DNA of 64,000 nt. It comes from Candidatus Latescibacterota bacterium. Its GTDB lineage: Bacteria > Latescibacterota > UBA2968 > GCA-2709665. Of the stretch, positions 1-11,201 are shown in pieces; within the stretch, counting starts at the first letter, position 1, and every line of letters starts with the position of its first letter. Location of the stretch: positions 224,001-288,000 of the forward strand of contig CAXXXF010000014.1 in assembly GCA_963667175.2 (NCBI GenBank). Direction: 5' to 3'. Position numbers and translations under genes: made by a program. Below the pieces are notes generated by a model. It had not been told where the DNA came from, did not search any database, and saw only the letters and a program-made list of their open reading frames with translations.

Positions 1-1
1 C

Positions 2-562
2 GGAAAGCTGGCCTGCCGGTACCGCGCGAGGGGCCAGCGGGTGCTTCTGGCCGCATGCGATACGTTTCGGGCCGCCGCAATCGACCAGCTTGCAATCTGG
101 GCCCAACGTTCCGGCGCCGACGTCGTTCGCCATCGGCCGGGCGCGGACGCCGCCTCCGTGGCGTTCGATGCCCTTTCCGCCGCCCGGTCCCGCGATATGG
201 ACGTCGTCATCATCGACACCGCGGGGCGCCTCCACACCAGCGTCAATCTGATGGAGGAACTCAAGAAAATCCGCCGCGTCCTGGGCAAATGCGTCCCCGG
301 CGCCCCGCACGAGACCCTGCTGGTTCTGGACGCGACCACCGGGCAGAATGCCGTGGCCCAGGCCAGGCAGTTCCACTCGGACGTCGGCGTTACCGGCCTG
401 GTTCTGGCCAAATTGGACGGAACGGCCAAAGGCGGCGTTGTCATTGCGATTGCCGACGAACTCGGTCTCCCGGTCCGCATGGTCGGCCTGGGCGAGGGTC
501 AGGACGATCTGAGCGACTTCGAACCGGAAGCATTTGTTACAGCGCTTTTTGAAGGGGACTAA
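2..562 (+). CDS. ftsY: Signal recognition particle receptor FtsY (5' truncated by window edge)
   Basis: [22 protein letters not shown] and [12 protein letters not shown]-GTPase motifs; frame open to window start; ends right after the NG domain (no Ffh M domain). Confidence 0.95.
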   Translation, partial: GKLACRYRARGQRVLLAACDTFRAAAIDQLAIWAQRSGADVVRHRPGADAASVAFDALSAARSRDMDVVIIDTAGRLHTSVNLMEELKKIRRVLGKCVPGAPHETLLVLDATTGQNAVAQARQFHSDVGVTGLVLAKLDGTAKGGVVIAIADELGLPVRMVGLGEGQDDLSDFEPEAFVTALFEGD

Positions 563-566
563 AAGT

Positions 567-682
567 AGCTGATAGCTTTCGGCTCTCAGCCGTCAGCTCG
601 AAGCGAAAATCAGCTCACACGGAGACACAAAGGGAAAGAACAGCTATCAGCAGTCGGCTATCAGCCGTCAGCTTGAGTCAAA
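567..682 (+). repeat. Degenerate 7-bp tandem repeat array (GCT[AT]TCA/GCCGTCA type) ending GCTTGAGTCAA
   Basis: cagctatcagcagtcggctatcagccgtcagcttgagtcaa; similar arrays at 13967-14003, 28972-29003 (rc) and 52762-52809 (rc). Confidence 0.75.
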
Positions 683-732
683 AACATAATCCATTAACGT
701 CGGCGCCGTGATGATGAAGCACCGGAAGGGAC

Positions 733-776
733 GCAGACCTCTCTCCCCGGCCCCTCTCCTAAAGGAAAAGGGGAGT
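733..776 (+). repeat. CCCCTCTCC...GGGGAG palindromic repeat (GCAGACCTC-headed element)
   Basis: gcagacctctctccccggcccctctcctaaaggaaaaggggag; related copies at 14055-14133, 52676-52716 (rc) and 57257-57302 (rc). Confidence 0.7.
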
Positions 777-915
777 AAAACCAGCATAACCGGGCTCACG
801 CTACCATTCGCAATCCAACAATTGTCTAATTCAACAGAAGTCCGTTTGCGGACGTCTCATTCGTGAAAGTTGCCAACGCTTACGTCTACCATCTTACCTC
901 TACCCGATTCTTTGT

Positions 916-2094
916 ATGACTCACATTTATCTCGACAATCAGGCCACGACGCAGGTGGATCCGCGAGTACTGGACGCGATGATGCCCTATTTCAAGGCGG
1001 AATTCGGGAACGCGGCCAGCCGTACCCACAGCTTCGGTTGGGCTGCTGAAGCCGCGGTGGACCGGGCCCGGGAGCAGATTGCGGAACTGATCCGCGCCGA
1101 CGCGAGGGATATCGTCTTCACCAGCGGCGCGACGGAATCCGACAACCTGGCCATCAAGGGCGTGGCTGCCGTGCGACGCGAGAAGGGTGGACACATCATC
1201 ACCCAGACCACCGAACATCACGCCGTCCTGGATTCGTGCAAAGCGCTGGAACGGCGCGGTTTCGACGTTAGCGTCCTGCCGGTAGACCGTTACGGACGCG
1301 TCGAACCGGAAACCGTCTCGGACGAGATCGGCGACAACACCGTGCTCGTCTCCGTTATGGCGGCCAACAACGAGATCGGCACCGTGCAGCCCCTGGACGA
1401 GATCGGCGCCATCTGCAGGGAACGGAACGTCCTCTTCCATTGCGACGCCGCTCAGGCCGTGGGCAAGCTGCCCATCGACGTGCAGGCCCTCGGCATCGAC
1501 CTGCTCTCGATATCCGCCCACAAGCTGTACGGCCCCAAGGGCGTCGGCGCCCTCTACGTTCGCAGCCGGCCTCGTGTGCGTCTCGTGGCGGAAATCGACG
1601 GCGGCGGCCACGAACGGGGCATGCGCTCCGGCACGCTGAACGTGCCGGGTATCGTCGGCCTCGGGGCGGCCTGCGAACTTGCGGGCGCGGAAATGTCCGC
1701 TGAAGGCGTCCGGCTCAGGAGATTGCGCGAGCGACTGAAAACCCGTCTGTTCGACGGACTCGACGACGTCTTCTTCAATGGACATCCGGAGCAGCGACTG
1801 GATGGAAATCTGAACGTCAGCTTCGAAGGCGTGGATGGCGAGAGTCTCATGGTGGGCCTGAGTGAGATCGCGCTCTCTTCCGGCTCCGCCTGCACCTCGG
1901 CGGCGCTGGAACCCTCATACGTGCTGCGGGCGCTGGGGGTTCCGAACCGCCTGGCCGAAAGCAGCATCCGATTCGGCATTGGAAGATTCAACACCGAAAC
2001 CGAAATTGACCACGTGGCTGGGCGAGTCATCGGCGAAGTCGGTCGGTTGCGGGAGATCTCACCCTACGGCAGCACGAGTCAGCCCCGCATGTAG
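916..2094 (+). CDS. iscS: Cysteine desulfurase, IscS/NifS type
   Basis: [20 protein letters not shown] lysine motif [10 protein letters not shown], catalytic loop SSGSACTS. Confidence 0.95.
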   Translation: MTHIYLDNQATTQVDPRVLDAMMPYFKAEFGNAASRTHSFGWAAEAAVDRAREQIAELIRADARDIVFTSGATESDNLAIKGVAAVRREKGGHIITQTTEHHAVLDSCKALERRGFDVSVLPVDRYGRVEPETVSDEIGDNTVLVSVMAANNEIGTVQPLDEIGAICRERNVLFHCDAAQAVGKLPIDVQALGIDLLSISAHKLYGPKGVGALYVRSRPRVRLVAEIDGGGHERGMRSGTLNVPGIVGLGAACELAGAEMSAEGVRLRRLRERLKTRLFDGLDDVFFNGHPEQRLDGNLNVSFEGVDGESLMVGLSEIALSSGSACTSAALEPSYVLRALGVPNRLAESSIRFGIGRFNTETEIDHVAGRVIGEVGRLREISPYGSTSQPRM

Positions 2095-2098
2095 CAGC

Positions 2099-2202
2099 CC
2101 GTTGATAAAGTCCATCCGGGCTGCCTGCCTGTGCGTTCGCACGCAGACAGGCGTCCGGCCCTTGTGGCCGAAATACGGCGTTGCCTGCCTGCAGCAGGCA
2201 GG
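2099..2202. repeat. MITE-like end (CCGTTGATAAAGTCCATCCGGGCTG) plus two CCTG...CAGG palindromes (2124-2151, 2184-2202)
   Basis: First ~55 bp match 38017-38104 once the nested 33-bp insert there is removed. Confidence 0.75.
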
Positions 2203-2256
2203 CGCTCCCGGGCGCACAATCCCAAGTCCACTGAACACACGACAAGGAACGAACCC

Positions 2257-3075
2257 ATGCAAATGCCACCCGGCATGCCGAAACCGCGCCCCATTCCCGA
2301 CGTCGAGCATATCCTGGCCGTTTCCAGCGGCAAGGGAGGCGTGGGCAAGACCACCGTGAGCGTGAACCTGTCGGTCGCCCTGGCGCGCAATGGGCAGACC
2401 GTCGGCCTGCTCGACGCCGACGTCTACGGGCCCAATGTCCCGATGATGCTGGGCGCTACCGAACAGCCGCGGGCAGTGGACGGCAAGATTATCCCTCTCG
2501 AAAAACACGGGGTCAAACTGATGTCTCTCGGACTCATCGCGGGCGAGGACACTCCCGTGATCTGGCGAGGCCCCATCGTGGGTAAGATGATCCAGCAGTT
2601 CATGTCCGACGTCGCATGGGGCGCGCTGGACTTCCTCGTTGTCGATCTTCCGCCCGGGACCGGCGACGCCCAGCTCACCCTCGCCCAGACCGTTCCGCTC
2701 AGCGGTGCGGTGATCGTTACTACGCCGCAGGACGTTGCGCTGGAAGACGTGACGCGAAGCGTGGAGATGTTCCGCAAAGTGGACGTGCCCGTTCTTGGCG
2801 CCGTGGAAAACATGAGCGCCTTCGCGTGTCCCTGCTGCGGCGAAACCGCGGCCATCTTCGGCACGGGCGGCGGAGATCGAATCGCCCAGGCCTTCAATAT
2901 CCCGCTGCTCGGTCAACTGCCCATCCTTCCGGCCATTCGAGAAGGCGGCGACGCCGGCGACCCGATCGCGGCGGGGAAAACCGACGTGGCACGGACCTTC
3001 CTCGAGATCGCGCGGAAGATCGTGGACCCGATCGACGCCTTCGAGCAGCCGGGACCTCAAATCACGATATCGTGA
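2257..3075 (+). CDS. mrp: Mrp/ApbC/NBP35 iron-sulfur cluster carrier ATPase
   Basis: SGKGGVGKTT, DADVYGP, WRGP, DLPPGTGD, ENMS..CPCC; start moved to ATG 2257 (AAGGA upstream) because the upstream extension is repeat-derived. Confidence 0.92.
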   Translation: MQMPPGMPKPRPIPDVEHILAVSSGKGGVGKTTVSVNLSVALARNGQTVGLLDADVYGPNVPMMLGATEQPRAVDGKIIPLEKHGVKLMSLGLIAGEDTPVIWRGPIVGKMIQQFMSDVAWGALDFLVVDLPPGTGDAQLTLAQTVPLSGAVIVTTPQDVALEDVTRSVEMFRKVDVPVLGAVENMSAFACPCCGETAAIFGTGGGDRIAQAFNIPLLGQLPILPAIREGGDAGDPIAAGKTDVARTFLEIARKIVDPIDAFEQPGPQITIS

Positions 3076-3273
3076 AACGCGCGGATCCGAGTCTACAATA
3101 TTCCAATCCATACGTTCACGTTCCGGGTCTACCGGCAGTCAGGACGGACCCTGACGTCTGGCGATTGTCAGGTGATGTAATTCCTGAACACGGCCAATAA
3201 CCTTTGCCTTCAGGGCCGGAATTGGATACATTACACGCACGTGCTGACAACCTCTTTGCGCCAGGGGGAACTT

Positions 3274-4452
3274 ATGATTACGGCATTTGAATCGCTCATG
3301 GAAAACGTCAGGAGCGAGGTCCGGGGCATTTCACCCGAAGAGGCCCGCGAGCGGATTGACGACCTGCTGCTTCTGGACGTCCGGGAACGGGAGGACTACG
3401 CCGAGGGTTATATCCACGGCGCGGAAAACCTCTCCAGAGGGTTTCTCGAACTGCGCATCGAAACCATGGCGAACGACCGGTCCGGCGCCATTCTGGTCTA
3501 CGGAGACGAGAACCAGGGCGCACTGGCGGCAAGAGATCTGCAGAATATGGGATACGAAAACGTCGTCTACCTCAAGGGAGGTTACGACGCCTGGGTGGAG
3601 GCGGGCCTGCCGGTTCAGCGCGACAGAGCGCTCAGCAAAGCCGAGGTCCAGCGTTACTCAAGGCATCTCCTGGTCCCCGAAGTGGGCGAAAAGGGTCAGG
3701 GCAAGCTGCTGGACGCGAAGGTGCTGATGGTCGGCGCCGGTGGACTGGGCTGTCCGGCAGCCTACTATCTTGCCGCGGCCGGCGTTGGCGCCCTGGGGAT
3801 CGTGGACGCGGACGTGGTGGACGTGACCAATCTACAGCGCCAGATCCTGCACGGCACTTCCGACGTGGGCAGGCCGAAAGCCATCTCCGCGCGCGAGACC
3901 CTGCAAGACCTGAATCCCGGCTGCAAGGTGGTGCCCTACGTCGAGTTTCTCAATTCCGATAACGTGATGGACATAATCGCGGACTACGACCTCGTCGTGA
4001 ACGGCTGCGACAATTTTCCCACGCGTTATATGGTGAACGACGCCTGCGTTTTCGCGCGCAAACCCATCGTAGACGGGAGCATCTTCCGTTTCGAGGGCCA
4101 GGTGACCATCTATCCCTGCGACCTGGAGGGGCCCTGCTACCGGTGCCTCTACCCCGAACCGCCGCCCGCCGAACTGGCGCCGTCGTGCGCCGACGCGGGG
4201 GTTCTGGGCGTACTGCCGGGAACCGTGGGCCTGATTCAGGCCACCGAAGTGGTCAAGCTGATTCTCGGCCAGGGCGAACCCCTGATCGGCAGACTGCTCA
4301 TGTACGACGCGCTGGCCATGAGTTTCCGCACGTTCAAGATCCGGCGCGATCCCGGTTGCCCGGTCTGCGGGGACAATCCGGAGATTACCGAACTGATTGA
4401 CTACGTCGCATTCTGCAGCGGCGTTACGGAGCCCGCCGCAGCGGACGATTGA
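3274..4452 (+). CDS. moeB: Rhodanese-ThiF/MoeB fusion (MoeZ/MoeB-like sulfur-carrier adenylyltransferase)
   Basis: N-terminal rhodanese (LLDVRE, LKGGYDAW), RYSRH, GAGGLG, NLQRQ, CYRC, GVLG and CPVC motifs. Confidence 0.9.
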   Translation: MITAFESLMENVRSEVRGISPEEARERIDDLLLLDVREREDYAEGYIHGAENLSRGFLELRIETMANDRSGAILVYGDENQGALAARDLQNMGYENVVYLKGGYDAWVEAGLPVQRDRALSKAEVQRYSRHLLVPEVGEKGQGKLLDAKVLMVGAGGLGCPAAYYLAAAGVGALGIVDADVVDVTNLQRQILHGTSDVGRPKAISARETLQDLNPGCKVVPYVEFLNSDNVMDIIADYDLVVNGCDNFPTRYMVNDACVFARKPIVDGSIFRFEGQVTIYPCDLEGPCYRCLYPEPPPAELAPSCADAGVLGVLPGTVGLIQATEVVKLILGQGEPLIGRLLMYDALAMSFRTFKIRRDPGCPVCGDNPEITELIDYVAFCSGVTEPAAADD

Positions 4453-4471
4453 AACGCCGCCGGGTCTGCGC

Positions 4472-4517
4472 AAAAAAAAGAAACGCGCCCCAAACGTTCA
4501 GGGCGCGTTTCTTTTTT
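4472..4517. terminator. Bidirectional rho-independent terminator between convergent moeB and groEL
   Basis: A-tract, gaaacgcgccc / gggcgcgtttc stem, T-tract. Confidence 0.85.
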
Positions 4518-4559
4518 CTTTCTCCTCGTTCCCTCTCAGGGAGTGGAGACCGCGCGTTG

Positions 4560-6514
<1,955 letters not shown>

Positions 6515-6592
6515 GTCTCTTACCTCCTTGAAGAAATGAGACGGGATCGGCGTTAAATTTATTCGATCTTTTTAAATCGCTTAACGTCGTTG

Positions 6593-6619
6593 TTAGCACT
6601 CTGAATCGTTGAGTGCTAA
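6593..6619. promoter_or_regulatory. CIRCE operator (HrcA binding site)
   Basis: Perfect TTAGCACTC-N9-GAGTGCTAA upstream of groES. Confidence 0.97.
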
Positions 6620-6628
6620 CGATCGACA

Positions 6629-6657
6629 AATATATCATACCGGCGCATCGTTGGCAA
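6629..6657 (-). promoter_or_regulatory. Putative sigma70 promoter of groESL
   Basis: TTGCCA-N17-TATATT on the minus strand just upstream of CIRCE. Confidence 0.55.
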
Positions 6658-6761
6658 GGAAAATCTCGTGTTCCAATACAACAAAAGACGCCGGGATTCT
6701 TCTCGGAAGACCCGGTGTTATTGTTCCTGCGGCTCGCATGATCAGGATGGCCCGCGGCCGG

Positions 6762-7223
6762 CTATTTCTTATTGTAGAGCGCCTCGAACGCCCGCAACAG
6801 TTCCCGCGATTTCTTCACGTGGGCAACGTCGGTGGTCTGCTTGCATTTCATCGCGGAGACGACCATCTGATGGAGCAACGCCAGTTTCTCGGAATAGGTC
6901 TTGTGCGCAGCCGGATCGTCGCCCTCGGGCGCCTTGATGCGCTGCGCCAGGAAGTACTGCGCCACAATCTCGCGAATGCGGTCCGCATGAGCTTCCTTGT
7001 TGTTCACCCACCGCGCCAGTTGGTTCGCGTTCTTGCCCGGTTCGGCTGAGAGCTGGACGATTAGATTCATCGACTTCTCGATCGTCGTCAGATTCTCCGC
7101 GATGGCGGCGAACCTGGCGGCGTCGCCGTAGATCCCGCAGGGGATCTCACAGTGCGAAACCGCAGACCCGTGAAACGTCAGAAGAAAAAGCGGAAAAAGA
7201 ACTGCCGAAACCAGACGCCTCAT
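6762..7223 (-). CDS. sodN: Nickel superoxide dismutase precursor
   Basis: Hydrophobic leader ending SAVS followed by Ni-hook HCEIPCGIY; NQLARWV, KEAHA; AAGGAG RBS before ATG 7223. Confidence 0.92.
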   Translation of the reverse strand: MRRLVSAVLFPLFLLTFHGSAVSHCEIPCGIYGDAARFAAIAENLTTIEKSMNLIVQLSAEPGKNANQLARWVNNKEAHADRIREIVAQYFLAQRIKAPEGDDPAAHKTYSEKLALLHQMVVSAMKCKQTTDVAHVKKSRELLRAFEALYNKK

Positions 7224-7470
7224 AACGAGATACTCCTTTGAAAGAGGGTAAGCGGATTGTCGAACCGACACGCGCCGCGGGCACGCTTCGATAATCCGTT
7301 GCCGGGACAGAACAACGTTTGATTTTCCCCGCGCCAACCTATATATTCAATGCGAACTCGAACGGTCGTCCACAAGGTAAGGATTTCGCCCCCGTGCATC
7401 AAGAGAATAGCGGTGGCGCCCGCCCTTCGGAATGGTTTCAGGATCTGCGTGACCGGGACGGAAACTCGCG

Positions 7471-9633
7471 ATGCCCATAACCCGCAACCGGGTTCTGAAT
7501 TTCATCTGTAAAGAAGCGGGCCGCCCGCTCAAACCTCGCGAACTGAGCCGGGCGTTGCAAGTGCCCGAACGCGACTACCGGCGACTTCGGCGCCTGCTCA
7601 TCCAACTCGAACGGGAAGGCGCCGTCGTCAGGCTGCGCAACAACCGCTTCGGTCCTCCCGGCCGCCTCAAACTCGCCACGGGTGTGCTGAGCGTCCATCC
7701 CGACGGATTCGGTTTCGTCCGTCGCGACGGCGGAACCCCGGATATATTCGTGGGGCCCGGGGGCCTGCGCGGCGCTTTGCACGGTGACCGTGTCGCGGCC
7801 CGCGTTTCCCGCAGGCGCGGCGGCAAGCCCGAAGGCGAAATCGCCCGCGTACTGGAACGCGGCGCGAGATGCATCATTGGAGTCTATCGCGCCGGTGCGC
7901 GCGTCGGATTTGTGGAACCTGACGATCCCCGATTTCCCAGGGACGTCTACGTCTCCCCGGAAGACGCCGGAGGGTCCCGGGACGGTCAGCTGGTTGTTGT
8001 CCGTCTCAGATCCTGGCGCCCGGAAATTCCCGATCCCGAAGGCGAGATCGTCGAAATCCTGGGATCCCCCGACGACCCCGGCATCGACGTCCTTTCCATC
8101 GCGAAAGAGTACGACCTGCCCATCGAGTTCCCCCCGAACGTACTCGAGGCCGCGGAGGAATTTTCAGACCGGATTCCCGCGGCGGAAATCCGCAACCGGC
8201 GGGACCTCCGCCATCTCGTTTGCATTACCATCGATCCGGAAGACGCCCGCGACCACGACGATGCCGTCTCTCTCGAAGACCTGCCCGGAGGCGGATACCG
8301 TCTGGGCGTGCACGTTGCCGACGTCGGCCACTACGTCAAAGAAGGCGGCCCGCTGGACCAGGAAGCACTGACGAGAGGGACCAGCGTCTACCTCCCCGGC
8401 CGGGCGATTCCCATGCTGCCGGATCGGCTGTCCGGAAACCTGTGCTCGCTCCTGCCGGACAAGGACCGGCTTTCAATCAGCGTCCTCATCGATCTCGACG
8501 GAAACGGGAGATCGGTGAAAGCGGAGATCGTCCCGTCCGTGGTCCGAAGCCGGGCAAAGCTGTCCTACCTGCAGGCCCAGAAGTGTCTCAATGACGGCGG
8601 ACAGACCGGGTCAACGCCCCACGGCGGCCTGATGCGGAAGATGGACGGCCTTCGGAGGCGCATCACCCGCCGGCGGTTGAAGCGAGGCGCGATCGATTTC
8701 AACATTGCCGAACCCCGTCTTGACGTGGACCGGGAGGGCAACGTCACGTCGATTCGCAGGAGCGAACGTCTCGACAGCCACCGGATGATCGAAGAGTTCA
8801 TGCTGCTGGCCAACGAAACCGTGGCCTGCCATCTGCGCGACCGGAATCTGCCCGGCCTTTACCGGGTTCACGAAAGGCCGGATGCGAGCAAACTCTCAGA
8901 ATTCGCGGACACCGCGGCCGCCTTCGGATTCGGGTTTCCACGCCGGGACCGGATACCTTCGGCCGACATTCAGAAGTTTCTTGCGGACGTCGAGGGAAAG
9001 CCCGTCGGCCCGGTTCTGAATGCACGGTTGTTGCAGTCCATGAAGAAAGCCGTCTACTCTCCGGACAACGTCGGCCACTTCGGCCTTGCCTGCGAAAACT
9101 ACACCCACTTCACCTCCCCCATTCGTCGATACCCGGACCTGACGGTCCATCGTCTGCTGAGAGAAGCCGGCGGATTGACCGAAGAACGAATGAACGGGCT
9201 CCGCGAAAGACTGCCTGCTCTGGGCAGGATCACGACCGGCCGTGAAACCGTGGCTCAGGAGGCGGAGAGAGCGTCCATCAAGGTCAAACAGATCCGCTAT
9301 CTGGAAGATCGCGTCGGCGACGTCTTCAACGCCGTGATCGTTGGCGTCCGGTCCATGGGATTCTTCGCACAGCTCGAAGAATTCCTGATCGACGGACTCG
9401 TCAGGGTCAGTACGCTGGCAGACGATACCTACGTGTATCACGAAAGCGAAGGCGCCCTGATTGGAGAACGCCGCGGCAGGCGTTTCAGGCTGGGCGACCC
9501 GGTGGTGGTTCAGGTTGTACGCGCCGACCGGAGATTCCGACGGCTCGATCTCTTCCTTAAAGAAGGTGGGTCCACGGCCGAACGCGGCCGCCGCAGAGCG
9601 AAAGCGGGCATGCGGCGACGACGCCGGCGTTGA
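7471..9633 (+). CDS. rnr: Ribonuclease R
   Basis: HTH and CSD domains (HPDGFGF), TIDPEDARDHDDA, YTHFTSPIRRYPDL, S1 domain, basic tail. Confidence 0.95.
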   Translation: MPITRNRVLNFICKEAGRPLKPRELSRALQVPERDYRRLRRLLIQLEREGAVVRLRNNRFGPPGRLKLATGVLSVHPDGFGFVRRDGGTPDIFVGPGGLRGALHGDRVAARVSRRRGGKPEGEIARVLERGARCIIGVYRAGARVGFVEPDDPRFPRDVYVSPEDAGGSRDGQLVVVRLRSWRPEIPDPEGEIVEILGSPDDPGIDVLSIAKEYDLPIEFPPNVLEAAEEFSDRIPAAEIRNRRDLRHLVCITIDPEDARDHDDAVSLEDLPGGGYRLGVHVADVGHYVKEGGPLDQEALTRGTSVYLPGRAIPMLPDRLSGNLCSLLPDKDRLSISVLIDLDGNGRSVKAEIVPSVVRSRAKLSYLQAQKCLNDGGQTGSTPHGGLMRKMDGLRRRITRRRLKRGAIDFNIAEPRLDVDREGNVTSIRRSERLDSHRMIEEFMLLANETVACHLRDRNLPGLYRVHERPDASKLSEFADTAAAFGFGFPRRDRIPSADIQKFLADVEGKPVGPVLNARLLQSMKKAVYSPDNVGHFGLACENYTHFTSPIRRYPDLTVHRLLREAGGLTEERMNGLRERLPALGRITTGRETVAQEAERASIKVKQIRYLEDRVGDVFNAVIVGVRSMGFFAQLEEFLIDGLVRVSTLADDTYVYHESEGALIGERRGRRFRLGDPVVVQVVRADRRFRRLDLFLKEGGSTAERGRRRAKAGMRRRRRR

Positions 9634-9714
9634 CGTTTACGGACCCTGCGAGCACTTTGACCCATTCGCGAGTTTCCTGCACAACAGTCCTGCATACCGC
9701 CGACAGGAGGGTCG

Positions 9715-11127
9715 ATGGACAACAGTGTCAAACACTTTTGCGGCATCTTCGGCATCTACGGGAATGGCGATGCGGCGAAGCTCACCACGCTGGGTCTGCA
9801 CGCGCTGCAGCACCGGGGCGAGGAGAGCAGCGGCATCGTTTCCGGAAACGGCGAGTACCTGTTTCGCCACACCGAAATGGGACAGGTGGCCGATGTATTC
9901 GCGGAAGCCGGCGTATTGGAGCGGCTTCCCGGCCACCTGGCCATCGGACACAATCGGTATTCGACCACCGGGTCGGACACCCTTTCCAACGCCCAGCCTT
10001 TTCTGGCGGAGTGCCGGGACGCCTTCGTGGCCGTCGCGCACAACGGCAACCTCACCAATACAGCCGAACTCCGCAACGGGATGCAGGACGACGGCGCCAT
10101 CTTTCAGACCACAACCGACAGCGAACTGATCCTCCATCTCGTCGCCAGGTCCCGGGAAGAGAAGATGGTCGATCGCATCATAGGCGCACTGAGGCAGATC
10201 GACGGCGCGTATTCTCTGGTCCTGGCCACGGAAAACCAGCTGTTCGCGGCCCGCGATCCCTTCGGTTTCCGTCCGTTGTGTCTGGGTCAGCTCGGCGATG
10301 CCTGGATCGTTGCGTCCGAGTCATGCGCGCTCGACATCATTTCGGCGCGTTACATTCGCGACGTCGAACCCGGCGAACTCGTGATGATAGACACGCACGG
10401 TCTCCGCGCCTTCACGACCGAGGAGGCCGACCGGCACGCGTTCTGCATTTTCGAATACATCTACTTCTCGAGGCCCGACAGCATCATCTTCGGCGACAAC
10501 GTGGACAAGACCCGGCGCCGGCTGGGCAGACAACTGGCCATCGAGCAGCCTGCCGCCGCGGACATCGCGATCTCCGTGCCGGACTCCAGCAATACCGCGG
10601 CGCTGGGTTACGCCAACCAATCCGGCATCAAACACGAAATCGGTCTGATTCGGAACCACTACGTGGGACGCACGTTTATTACGCCTGGTCAGGACAGCCG
10701 ATCGTCCAAGGTCCGCCTCAAATACAACCCCGTCAGGGGGGTTCTGAATGGAAAGCGCGTGGTTGTCGTGGAAGATTCAATTGTCCGGGGCACGACGCTC
10801 AAACACCTGATTCGAATGTTGCGCGAAGCCGGCGCCCGCCAGGTACACGTCCGCGTGAGCTGCCCTCCAATCGTGGGGCCATGTTTTTACGGCATCGACT
10901 TTCAGACCGAGAAGGAACTGATCGCCAGCGCCAAGACCGTGGAACAGATCCGCGAACACCTTGGCGTGGACAGCCTGGGGTATCTCTCCCTGGACGGCAT
11001 GCTCGGCGTTGCCCCCAATTCTTCTCTTCAGTATTGCACGGCCTGCTTTACGCAGGACTATCCGATCCCCATCGAGAACGAGGCCGGCAAGCTGCTCCTT
11101 GAAAAACGAGCGGGCAACCTTTTTTGA
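9715..11127 (+). CDS. purF: Amidophosphoribosyltransferase (propeptide, Fe-S type)
   Basis: CGIFG after short propeptide, LQHRG, GHNRYST, VEDSIVRGTT, PCFYGID, CTAC. Confidence 0.96.
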   Translation: MDNSVKHFCGIFGIYGNGDAAKLTTLGLHALQHRGEESSGIVSGNGEYLFRHTEMGQVADVFAEAGVLERLPGHLAIGHNRYSTTGSDTLSNAQPFLAECRDAFVAVAHNGNLTNTAELRNGMQDDGAIFQTTTDSELILHLVARSREEKMVDRIIGALRQIDGAYSLVLATENQLFAARDPFGFRPLCLGQLGDAWIVASESCALDIISARYIRDVEPGELVMIDTHGLRAFTTEEADRHAFCIFEYIYFSRPDSIIFGDNVDKTRRRLGRQLAIEQPAAADIAISVPDSSNTAALGYANQSGIKHEIGLIRNHYVGRTFITPGQDSRSSKVRLKYNPVRGVLNGKRVVVVEDSIVRGTTLKHLIRMLREAGARQVHVRVSCPPIVGPCFYGIDFQTEKELIASAKTVEQIREHLGVDSLGYLSLDGMLGVAPNSSLQYCTACFTQDYPIPIENEAGKLLLEKRAGNLF

Positions 11128-11201
11128 TCCAGAACGTAGAAAAAACGGAACGTCAGTGCCTGGTTCGTAACCCATTCTTGCGAATTCTTCAGCGCCTGTT
11201 C

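Noticed and set aside
2131-2256. N-terminal extension of Mrp (likewise the extension of Skp at 58372-58572)
   Set aside because: Derived from intergenic CCTG repeats; better RBS-linked starts lie downstream.
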